Source: Nitrospirota bacterium
GTDB taxonomy: Bacteria; Nitrospirota; UBA9217
Reading direction: 5' to 3'
DNA length: 64,000 bases
Assembly: GCA_963840455.1 (NCBI GenBank)
Contig: CAWIYV010000009.1
Span: 288,001 to 352,000 of the forward strand
In this document: in pieces, positions 10,705-19,633 of the stretch
How the letters are laid out: every line of letters begins with the position of its first letter
Position numbering within the stretch: the stretch's first letter is position 1
Notes under the pieces: model-generated
Seen by the model: the letters and a program-made list of their open reading frames with translations, nothing else
What the model was told of the DNA's origin: nothing
The model's database searches: none
Program-made: the position numbers and the translations under genes

Positions 10705-11214
10705 ATGTCAGAACCGACCCCGAACTGGTATGCGCTGTTCGTCCGTTCGCGCCACGAGTTCGTGACCTCGGAACAGCTCAAGAAGCGGGGGATCGAAGTG
10801 TTCCTTCCCTCGGTCACCCGGAAGAGGCGGTGGAGCGACCGGAAAAAGGCAATTGTCTGCCCGCTCTTTCCCGGTTACCTCTTTATCTATACCGAGCCGA
10901 GCGCGGAGACCTTCCTGAACATATTACAAACGCGCGGGTCGGTCTCTTTTGTCGGCCAGGAGCCGGGTCGACCATCGCCGGTCGATCCAGGAGAAATGGA
11001 GACGCTCCGGATGATGCTTGCAGGCTGTGACGAACTCGACACCTACCCGCATCTCAATGAAGGGGCACCGGTGCTCGTCAAGCAGGGACCGCTGAAAGGC
11101 GCGAAAGGGATCCTGGCAAAAAAAGAGGATCATCACTTATTTTTGGTAAATATCGAGATCCTCGGCAGGAGCGTAGGCACGAAAGTAAGTGCAGAGGACC
11201 TTGAACTCATTTGA
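10705..11214 (+). CDS. NusG-paralog transcription antiterminator (UpxY/RfaH/LoaP-like)
   Basis: WYALFVRSRHE, KRRWSDRKK..PLFPGYLF (NGN domain), KOW motif GAPVLVKQGPLKGAKG. Confidence 0.9.
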   Translation: MSEPTPNWYALFVRSRHEFVTSEQLKKRGIEVFLPSVTRKRRWSDRKKAIVCPLFPGYLFIYTEPSAETFLNILQTRGSVSFVGQEPGRPSPVDPGEMETLRMMLAGCDELDTYPHLNEGAPVLVKQGPLKGAKGILAKKEDHHLFLVNIEILGRSVGTKVSAEDLELI

Positions 11215-11268
11215 CGGTCCGCGGGATCGTTGCTCGGCAGACGCTCTGGTCCCTTGATGCGCTGCGGT

Positions 11269-11385
11269 ATTGAAGCTCCCTGCAGCAAGCTGCAGGGAAT
11301 CTTCGATCCTCAAGGTAGTACTATTTATTCTCATCGCTCGCTAACCCCGCAGCAAGCTACGGGGAATGCGCTTGCTCCTGGATTC
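11269..11385 (+). mobile_element. 117-bp two-hairpin non-autonomous repeat element (MITE/REP-like), copy 1
   Basis: Hairpins CCCTGCAGC-AA-GCTGCAGGG and CCCCGCAGC-AA-GCTACGGGG; inverted copy at 12920-13036. Confidence 0.75.
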
Positions 11386-11607
11386 TTCGGTGTTGCAGCG
11401 GATGCATAGTGAAGCGATTTGGTTGTTCATCGAAAGAGAAACGCACATCAACCCTCGGCGCCATGGTTGTGACTGAGAGGGCGGAGCTGTATCTGGCAAA
11501 AACGCCAGGGCAATGAGAAGAGGTCAGTCGGGCGCGGCAAACATTCCCTGATATCACGGCTTCGATCGACTATGATCCCAATCTTCGCTGCATCATCGTG
11601 ATCACTA

Positions 11608-12921
11608 TTGCACCGAGTAACTCTCTTCATTATCGTCGCCTTGGTCATTGCTGCTGTTCCGGCAGGGTCACAGGCATCGGAGTTCAAGATCACTCCTTCC
11701 ATCACGCTCAGCGAGGAGTATAACGACAATATTTTCCTCTACCCCAAGAAGCAGGTTACCGACTATGTCACGCATATCATTCCAGGCATCCGCGTTCTCT
11801 ACCTGGCGCCTTACTGGGACTGGGACATCAAATACACTTACGAACACCGCTATTACTATAAAGGATCGATCACGGGTGATAATCCCCGGGATCTAGACCT
11901 GACCGGCAATATGAGGCTCATTAAGGAGTTCCTCTTTTTCGATGTGAAGGACAGATACAATCGGACATCGCTGTCTCCCGTGCGTGACTATACGCAGGTA
12001 AGTCCCACGGTGAACCAGACCGATCAGAACATCCTCACGCTGAATCCCTACGTGGTGCTCCATCCGACCACGCGTACCGAGCTCAAACCAGGATACCAAT
12101 ACCGTACTGTCTGGTATCAAGATCCGATCGCCATCGACAAAATAGTGTATACCGCCTATCTCGATATCAAGCAGGAGCTCTCACAGCGTCTCAGCCTGAC
12201 GGGGACGATCCGCCGCGAGGCGACTGACACCAATAATGTCGACTTCACCCAGAACCTCTTTCTGATAGGACCGCGATATGAATATCAGGACACGTCGGTC
12301 GCGTGGCTCAGGGTAGGGGTGAGCAAGTTCACACCCTATGCCGTGGACCAGCAGCCGCGGCCTATCTGGGACGCCGGCGTCATACACAAACTGCCGACCA
12401 TTACGATCAGTTATGAGACCGCAAGGACCTGGATCGATGACCCTATCTTTATTCTCCGAAGGGAAGACAAGTATATAGCGGGTATCCGTAAGGGCTCAAC
12501 CATCTATGCAGAGGAGGACCCCGCTGGCCAGCACCCAGCAGGCAATTTGCTCACGACGGCTCCCGTCGTCAGCGATGTCGGGCGAACGTCGATCGGTGGC
12601 ACGTTTGGATACCGGGAGTATGGAACCGGTAACTACGTGGATGAACGACGATACACCACGACGGCATTTTTCAGCCATTTCCTGGGGGAAAAGGTGCAGG
12701 GAACGTATGCGTTGAACATCGATGCGTATTACCGGTTCCCTGAACGGGCAGGCAATACCACAACGATCGTATATGTGACCGACGTGCGATTCGATTATCA
12801 TGCGCAGGAAACCCTTACCTATTGGACCAGCTATCAGTACACGGACAGCTATTCACCGGATATCTATATCGACAATTATAATGTCAACCGCGTGTTCATA
12901 GGGGTGACCGCGAGTTTCTGA
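11608..12921 (+). CDS. Outer-membrane beta-barrel protein (PEP-CTERM/EPS-system associated)
   Basis: Signal peptide, EFKITPSITLSEEYNDNIFL, amphipathic beta strands, C-terminal NRVFIGVTASF ending in Phe; TTG start. Confidence 0.88.
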   Translation: MHRVTLFIIVALVIAAVPAGSQASEFKITPSITLSEEYNDNIFLYPKKQVTDYVTHIIPGIRVLYLAPYWDWDIKYTYEHRYYYKGSITGDNPRDLDLTGNMRLIKEFLFFDVKDRYNRTSLSPVRDYTQVSPTVNQTDQNILTLNPYVVLHPTTRTELKPGYQYRTVWYQDPIAIDKIVYTAYLDIKQELSQRLSLTGTIRREATDTNNVDFTQNLFLIGPRYEYQDTSVAWLRVGVSKFTPYAVDQQPRPIWDAGVIHKLPTITISYETARTWIDDPIFILRREDKYIAGIRKGSTIYAEEDPAGQHPAGNLLTTAPVVSDVGRTSIGGTFGYREYGTGNYVDERRYTTTAFFSHFLGEKVQGTYALNIDAYYRFPERAGNTTTIVYVTDVRFDYHAQETLTYWTSYQYTDSYSPDIYIDNYNVNRVFIGVTASF

Positions 12922-13036
12922 ATCCAGGAGCGAGCGCATTCCCCTTAGCTTGCCGCGGGGTTAGCGAGCGATTAGAACAAAGAGTACTACCGTGAGGATC
13001 GAAGATTCCCTGCAGCTTGCTGCAGGGAGCTTCAAT
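12920..13036 (-). mobile_element. 117-bp two-hairpin repeat element, copy 2 (inverted)
   Basis: Reverse complement matches 11269-11385 at 110 of 117 positions by manual alignment. Confidence 0.75.
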
Positions 13037-13076
13037 CGGGCGGAAGCAGGTCGTCCAGCCCTGCTCCGAGGAAGAA

Positions 13077-16000
13077 ATGATGACACGACACAATACTACA
13101 ATGAGGAAAGCAGCCGTCATCGCAATGCTTGTCATGAGCATGGCGCCGTTCCTGACCACCTGCGGCAGGGGGGCGCCTCCGCCCAAGGAGGACTTTATTC
13201 CGCCGACCGTGCTTGCCACGACGCCGCAAGACGGGTTCATGGAATTCCCGGTCGGCGACGCTGTCAAAATAACGTTCAGTGAAGAGATGGACCCTGCAAC
13301 CATCAACGCGCAAACGATCGTTCTTACGTCAAGCACGGGTACGGGGCCGGTCAGCGGATCGGTCCTGTACGGGAATGCCACTGCTGTCTTTCAGGCGGCG
13401 CAACCTCTGGAGGAAGGCACGCTCCATACGGTTACGATCAGTGCCAAGGTGGCCGATAAGTCCGGGAATTTCATGGGCCGTGATTATAGTTTCTCGTTTG
13501 TCACGCAATTGTACCCGAGCGTGCTGTCCACAGTCCCCGGGGATAGTGGCGTCAATGTACCCGTGAACCAGAACTTCAGCATAACGTTCAGCAAGCAGAT
13601 AAATCCGTTGACCCTGAACTTTTCTCTCGTCAGTGATCGAACTGGCACCATACCGCTTAATTCTCCTACGACGTCGGACAGCAGGAATTTCCTGATCATT
13701 CCTAATGTACCACCGCGGAACTGGCTGGACCCTGATACCCGTTACACGGCCAAGGTGAGCGCCGGGGTGGAGGATTATAAATACCCCGTTCCGAATATTA
13801 TGCAACAAGATTATATCTGGTCATTTACAACGGGATCGGCGCCGGATTCGACCCCGCCACAAGTACACGTCACGGACCCTGATAACGGCGCCGTGGAAGT
13901 GTCGGTGACGCCCATGATACAGGTCGTGTTCAGTGAAGCGCTGAGCACTTCTTCGACGCCGACTCTTAAGCTCTTCTCCGCCGGCACGAATACCATTCTG
14001 TGCTCAAGGGTAACTTCCACCGATACAAAGTACTTCGATTATTTAGTCCAACCGGCAGTTCCCCAACTGAATTACTTCAAGCAGTACACGGCTACGGTGA
14101 GCAGCGCAGGGATAATGGACACGTCGGGAAATCCCATGACGGGGGATTATTCGTGGACCTTTACGACCGTCAGGGCGTCCACGACGACATCGATCAGCGT
14201 GCCTGACCCGGTGCCGTTCGGCAACGTCAACGTGACGGTGACCGTATTGTCATCAGCGGGAACGCCGACTCCTACAGGAAATGTGACGTTGAGCACCGCT
14301 CCTTCGCCGACCGTGTCGCTGACACAGCCGCTGAACAGCAGCGGAGTCGCGGTCTTCACTATTACGAATCCAAGCGTAAGCGTATACCATACCTTGAACG
14401 CAACGTACAGCCAACAGGGCATCTTCAGCGCGAGCGCGGCCGCCAGTGGCTTCAGCGTTGGCGCAGCAGGATCGACAACGGCTGTCGCGTCCAGCAGTCC
14501 GACGTCTACCTTCAACAATTCCGTGACCTTCACAGCAACCGTCACCCCGCCGGCGGCGACCGGTAGTGTGACATTCTATGACAACGGAATATGGCTTGGC
14601 TCCGATGACACCCTGTTCAACGGAACAGCCGTATACAGCACAGCGACGCTTACAACGGGAATTCACGCAATAACCGCGAGATACAACGGTGACGGGAACT
14701 ACGGGCCATCGACTTCTCCTGCCATCACCCAGACCGTGAACCGGGCGGCGACAACGACGGTCGTCACGTCAAGTCCCAACCCCTCGGAGTTCAATGCTGC
14801 CACGACCTTCACGGCAACGATAACTTCGACGGAGACCGGGACCGTGACGTTCAAGGACGGAGCAACGGTCCTCGGCACCGGCATCATGTCGGGCAGCCAG
14901 GCCGTGTTCAGCACCTCGGTGCTTTCTGTCGGCACCCATACGATAACGGCAACCTACGGCGGCAGCGCGAACTACGCAGGCTCGACATCGGCAAACTACA
15001 TTCATACGGTGAGCAAGATACAGACGACGACGTCGATCAATGTGCCGGCGAACAATCCCTACAGCAACGTTACCGTGACCGTAAACGTAATGTCGTCATT
15101 TGGAACACCGACCACAGGAAATATGACGCTGAGCACCGCGCCTTTTCCGACCATGTCACAGACGCTGCCGCTGAACATCAGCGGGTCCGCGGTCTTCACT
15201 ATTCCTACTCCGAGCGTGAACATCTACCATACTTTGAACGCCACGTACGTGCCGCTGGCAAGCAGCGTGTACGCGGGGAGCAATGGATCAGGCGGCTTCA
15301 GCGTCGGCGCAGCAGGATCTACAACGGCTGTCACGTCCAGCAGTCCGACATCGACCTTTGGCGCTTCCGTGACCTTCACAGCAACGGTCACGCCTACGGC
15401 TGCGACCGGGACCGTGACATTCTATGACAGCGGCAGTACATGGCTCGGCACCGGCGCCTTGGCCGCTGGAACAGCCACGTTCAGCACATCGGCGCTTGTC
15501 GCCGGATCTCATACCATAACCGCGGTGTACCAAGGTGATGGGAACTACGCAGGATCGACATCACCAGGCATCATCCAGACCGTGAACCCGACAGCGACGA
15601 CGACGGCCGTCACGTCAAGCAGTCCGACATCGACCTTTGGCGCTCCCGTGACCTTCACAGCGGCGGTCACGCCTACGGCTGCGACCGGGACCGTGACATT
15701 CAGTGACGGTGCGACAGTTCTCGGCACCGGCAGCCTGTCAGGCGGCATTGCCACGTTCAGCACTGCGGCGCTGGCTGTTGGCCCCCACTCGATAACGGCA
15801 GCCTACGGCGGCATCGCGAATTACGCAGCATCGACATCGGCAGCCATCACCCAGGCCGTCGGTCTGGCGCCAACGCAGACGTTCGTCACGTCCAATCCCA
15901 ACCCGTCGATCTTCGGCGATTCGGTGATCTTCACGGCGACGGTCAGTGAGACGGTCAGTGCAGCGACGGCGACCGGGACCGTGACGTTCAGGGACGGTGC

Positions 16001-19000
16001 GACGGTCCTCGGCACAAGCACTTTGTCTGGCAGCTCTGCCACGTTCAGCACTGCGGCGCTGGCTGTTGGACCCCACTCGATAACGGCAGCCTACGGCGGG
16101 AACGCGAACTTCGGCGCATCGACATCGTCTCCAATTACCCAGTACGTGTCGAATGCCGCGACGACGACGGTCGTCACGTCCAATCTCAACCCGTCAACGT
16201 ATGGCGTTTCCGTGACCTTGACGTCGACGGTAACACCATCGACGGCGACCGGGACCGTGACGTTCAGTGACGGTGCGACGGTCCTCGGCACCGGCAGCCT
16301 GTCGGGCGGCATTGCCACGTTCAGCACTGCGGCGCTTGCCGGCGGACCCCACTCGATTACGGCGGTTTACGGCGGGAACGCGAACTTTGCGGCATCGACA
16401 TCGGCTCCCATCACCCAGACGGTGAACCCGGCGGCGACGACGACGGTCGTCACATCCAATTCCAACCCGTCGGCCTTCGGCGCTCCGGTGATCTTCACGG
16501 CCACGGTCAGTGCCCCGACGGCGACCGGGACCGTGACGTTCAGTGACGGTGGCGTGGTCCTCGGCACCGGCAGCCTGTCGGGCGGCATTGCAACGTTCAG
16601 CACTGCGGCGCTTGCCGGCGGACCCCACTCGATTACGGCGGCCTACGGCGGGAACGCGAACTTCGGGGCATCGACATCGGCTCCCATTACCCAGAACGTG
16701 AACCTGGCCGCGACAACGACGGTCGTCACATCCAATCTCAACCCGTCGGCCTTCGGCGCTTCCGTGATCTTCACGGCCACGGTCAGTGCCCCGACGGCGA
16801 CCGGGACCGTGACGTTCAGTGACGGTGCGACGGTCCTCGGCACCGGCAGCCTGTCGGGCGGCACTGCCACATTCAGCACTGCCACGCTTGCTTTCGGTGC
16901 CCACTCGATAACGGCGGCCTACGGCGGGAACGCGAACTTCGCTGCATCGACATCAGCTCCCATTACCCAGAACGTGAACCTGGCCGCGACAACGACGGTC
17001 GTCACGTCCAGTCTCAACCCGTCGACGTACGGCGCTTCGGTGATCTTCACGGCGACGGTCAGTGCCCCGACGGCGACCGGGACCGTGACGTTCAGTGACG
17101 GTGCGACGGTCCTCGGCACGGGCAGTCTGTCGGGCGGCACTGCCACGTTCAGCACTGCGGCGCTTGCCGGCGGACCCCACTCGATAACAGCTGCCTACGG
17201 CGGGAACGCGAACTTCGGCGCATCGACATCGGCTCCCATCACCCAGACGGTGAATCCGGCGGCAACGACGACGGTCGTCACGTCCAATCTCAACCCGTCG
17301 ACGTACGGCGCTGCGGTGATCTTCATGGCGACGGTCAGTGCCCCGACGGCGACCGGGACCGTGACGTTCAGTGACGGTGCGACGGTCCTCGGCACCGGCA
17401 GCCTGTCGGGCGGCACTGCAACGTTCAGCACCGCGGCGCTTGCCGGCGGACCCCACTCGATAACAGCGGCCTACGGCGGGAGCGCGAACTTCGGCGCATC
17501 GACATCGCCTTCCATCACCCAAACCGTGAACCCGGCGGCGACGACGACGGTCGTCACATCCAATTCCAACCCGTCGGCCTTCGGCGCTTCCGTGACCTTC
17601 ACGGCCACGGTCAGCGCCTCGACGGCGACCGGGACCGTGACGTTCAGGGACGGTGCGACGGTCCTCGGCACCGGCAATCTGTCGGGCGGCACTGCCACGT
17701 TCAGCACTGCGGCGCTTGCTGTTGGCCCCCACGTGATAACGGCTGCCTACGGCGGGAACGCGAATTTCGCTGCATCGACATCAGCTGACATCACGCAGAA
17801 CGTGTCGAATGCCGCGACGACGACGGTTGTCACGTCCAATCCCAACCCGTCGACGTACGGCGCTTCCGTGGTCTTCACGGCCACAGTCACACCATCGACG
17901 GCGACCGGGACCGTGACATTCAGGGACGGTGCTACCGACATCGGAATCGGCACCCTGTCAGGAGGCACGGCAACCTTTGCTACTGCGAGTCTTGGCGGGG
18001 GGGTCCACTCGATAAGGGCGGTCTATAGTGGCGATACAAGTTACATAGCATCAACATCATCGCCTCTTGCGCAGGAAGTTGATCCGGCCGCGACGACGAC
18101 GGTCGTCACGTCCAGTCTCAACCCATCGACGTACGGCGCTTCCGTGACCTTGACGTCGACGGTCACACCATCGACGGCGACCGGGACCGTGACGTTCAAG
18201 GACGGAGCGACGGTCCTCGGCACCGGCAGCCTGTCGGGCGGCACTGCCACGTTCAGCACTGCGGCGCTTGCTGTTGGCCCGCACTCCATAACTGCGGCCT
18301 ACGGCGGCAGCGCGAACTTCACGACATCGACATCTGCTCCCATCACCCAGACCGTGAACCCGGCGACAACGACGACAGTCGTCACGTCCAATTCCAACCC
18401 GTCGACGTACGGCGCTTCTGTGACCTTCACGGCCACGGTCACCCCGTCGACGGCGACCGGGACCGTGACGTTCAATGACGGTGCGGCGGTCCTCGGAACC
18501 GGCAGCCTGTCGGCTGGCATTGCCACGTTCAGCACTGCGGCGCTTGCCGGCGGAGCCCATTCGATAACGGCAGCCTACGGCGGGAGCACGAACTTCACGA
18601 CATCGACATCAGCTGCCATCACCCAGACCGTGAACCCTGCGGTGACGACGACGGTCGTCGCGTCCAATCTCAACCCGTCTGCCTCCGGCGCTTCCGTGAC
18701 CTTCACGGCCACGGTCAGTGCTCCCGCGGCGACCGGATCCCTGACGTTCTATGTCGATGCGACGGTCCTCGGCACCGGCAGCCTGTCGGGCGGTCAGGCA
18801 AGCTTAACAACATCGCTCCTTCCTGTTGGTCCACACTCAATAACAGCGGCCTACGGCGGGAACGCGAACTTCGCGCCTTCGACATCAACACCAATCACCC
18901 AGAACGTGAACCCAGTGGTGACGCCGTCGGCCGGCACGAACGGGGCCATCAGCCCAAACACCCCGCAGACGGTGAATCACGGCAGCACGACGGTCTTCAC

Positions 19001-19526
19001 GGTCACACCGGCCACGGGATATACGGCCGCGGTGGGCGGGACCTGCGGCGGAACGCTGGTCGGCACAACGTACACGACGAACGCGATCACGGCAAACTGC
19101 ACGGTAGCGGCGACCTTCGCGATCAACACCTTCACGGTCTCGACATCGGCTCCTGCGGCCGAGGGGAAGTTCACACCGGCATCGCAGGTGGTGAACTACG
19201 GCAGTACCACGACTTTTACGGTCGATGCTAAAAGCCTGTACTATATTACGTCCGTGAGCGGTTGCGGCGGAACGCCATTCAACAACACCGACCCCACGGT
19301 GCTGACGTATCAGTACACAACAGGTGCGATTTCAGCGGACTGCACGGTAACCGCAACCTACGACCTCGTCACCGCCGCGCTCGTCGGTGCCACGCAGGGG
19401 ATCGGGTTCGGGAGCCTCGGCGCGATGTCTTTCCTCTTGAACCACAAGCTGTTCGGCAATCTGTTCAGGCGGAGGCGCAAACAGAATGGCAGCCGCGACA
19501 ACCTTTCAAAAAAGGTTCGCGATTAA
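13077..19526 (+). CDS. Giant Ig-like repeat surface lipoprotein / adhesin (~2150 aa)
   Basis: Signal peptide with lipobox-like FLTT-C; three SbsA/Big_5-like domains; ~17 Big_3-like domains; two Cys-containing small beta domains; C-terminal hydrophobic segment plus RRRRK. Confidence 0.9.
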   Translation: MMTRHNTTMRKAAVIAMLVMSMAPFLTTCGRGAPPPKEDFIPPTVLATTPQDGFMEFPVGDAVKITFSEEMDPATINAQTIVLTSSTGTGPVSGSVLYGNATAVFQAAQPLEEGTLHTVTISAKVADKSGNFMGRDYSFSFVTQLYPSVLSTVPGDSGVNVPVNQNFSITFSKQINPLTLNFSLVSDRTGTIPLNSPTTSDSRNFLIIPNVPPRNWLDPDTRYTAKVSAGVEDYKYPVPNIMQQDYIWSFTTGSAPDSTPPQVHVTDPDNGAVEVSVTPMIQVVFSEALSTSSTPTLKLFSAGTNTILCSRVTSTDTKYFDYLVQPAVPQLNYFKQYTATVSSAGIMDTSGNPMTGDYSWTFTTVRASTTTSISVPDPVPFGNVNVTVTVLSSAGTPTPTGNVTLSTAPSPTVSLTQPLNSSGVAVFTITNPSVSVYHTLNATYSQQGIFSASAAASGFSVGAAGSTTAVASSSPTSTFNNSVTFTATVTPPAATGSVTFYDNGIWLGSDDTLFNGTAVYSTATLTTGIHAITARYNGDGNYGPSTSPAITQTVNRAATTTVVTSSPNPSEFNAATTFTATITSTETGTVTFKDGATVLGTGIMSGSQAVFSTSVLSVGTHTITATYGGSANYAGSTSANYIHTVSKIQTTTSINVPANNPYSNVTVTVNVMSSFGTPTTGNMTLSTAPFPTMSQTLPLNISGSAVFTIPTPSVNIYHTLNATYVPLASSVYAGSNGSGGFSVGAAGSTTAVTSSSPTSTFGASVTFTATVTPTAATGTVTFYDSGSTWLGTGALAAGTATFSTSALVAGSHTITAVYQGDGNYAGSTSPGIIQTVNPTATTTAVTSSSPTSTFGAPVTFTAAVTPTAATGTVTFSDGATVLGTGSLSGGIATFSTAALAVGPHSITAAYGGIANYAASTSAAITQAVGLAPTQTFVTSNPNPSIFGDSVIFTATVSETVSAATATGTVTFRDGATVLGTSTLSGSSATFSTAALAVGPHSITAAYGGNANFGASTSSPITQYVSNAATTTVVTSNLNPSTYGVSVTLTSTVTPSTATGTVTFSDGATVLGTGSLSGGIATFSTAALAGGPHSITAVYGGNANFAASTSAPITQTVNPAATTTVVTSNSNPSAFGAPVIFTATVSAPTATGTVTFSDGGVVLGTGSLSGGIATFSTAALAGGPHSITAAYGGNANFGASTSAPITQNVNLAATTTVVTSNLNPSAFGASVIFTATVSAPTATGTVTFSDGATVLGTGSLSGGTATFSTATLAFGAHSITAAYGGNANFAASTSAPITQNVNLAATTTVVTSSLNPSTYGASVIFTATVSAPTATGTVTFSDGATVLGTGSLSGGTATFSTAALAGGPHSITAAYGGNANFGASTSAPITQTVNPAATTTVVTSNLNPSTYGAAVIFMATVSAPTATGTVTFSDGATVLGTGSLSGGTATFSTAALAGGPHSITAAYGGSANFGASTSPSITQTVNPAATTTVVTSNSNPSAFGASVTFTATVSASTATGTVTFRDGATVLGTGNLSGGTATFSTAALAVGPHVITAAYGGNANFAASTSADITQNVSNAATTTVVTSNPNPSTYGASVVFTATVTPSTATGTVTFRDGATDIGIGTLSGGTATFATASLGGGVHSIRAVYSGDTSYIASTSSPLAQEVDPAATTTVVTSSLNPSTYGASVTLTSTVTPSTATGTVTFKDGATVLGTGSLSGGTATFSTAALAVGPHSITAAYGGSANFTTSTSAPITQTVNPATTTTVVTSNSNPSTYGASVTFTATVTPSTATGTVTFNDGAAVLGTGSLSAGIATFSTAALAGGAHSITAAYGGSTNFTTSTSAAITQTVNPAVTTTVVASNLNPSASGASVTFTATVSAPAATGSLTFYVDATVLGTGSLSGGQASLTTSLLPVGPHSITAAYGGNANFAPSTSTPITQNVNPVVTPSAGTNGAISPNTPQTVNHGSTTVFTVTPATGYTAAVGGTCGGTLVGTTYTTNAITANCTVAATFAINTFTVSTSAPAAEGKFTPASQVVNYGSTTTFTVDAKSLYYITSVSGCGGTPFNNTDPTVLTYQYTTGAISADCTVTATYDLVTAALVGATQGIGFGSLGAMSFLLNHKLFGNLFRRRRKQNGSRDNLSKKVRD
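15300..18912 (+). repeat. Array of ~13 tandem 276-bp (92-aa) Ig-domain repeats
   Basis: Antisense ORF coordinates step by exactly 276 bp (16091, 16367, 16643, 16919, 17195, 17471, 17747); recurring GCGACCGGGACCGTGACGTTC. Confidence 0.93.
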
Positions 19527-19633
19527 ACATCCGCATGACCCTGCTCCACGGGGAGCGGAAACCGGTCCGGTCCGACGAATAAACACCGGTATGGCCTCAT
19601 GAAGGCCCAATGTTCGGCAGGGAGGACCTTACT

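Noticed and set aside
11137-11334. Small ORFs sharing RIEDSLQLAAGSFN (also 12992-13282)
   Set aside because: Translations of the non-coding 117-bp repeat element.
13017-13076. ORF-track start of the giant protein
   Set aside because: Begins inside the repeat element; ATG 13077 has an RBS and precedes the signal peptide.
15545-18560. Repeated ~78-aa and longer minus-strand ORFs
   Set aside because: Antisense shadows of the 276-bp repeat array.
13077-19526. Diversity-generating retroelement or shufflon as the source of repeat variation
   Set aside because: No reverse transcriptase or recombinase in the window, and differences are not adenine-specific.
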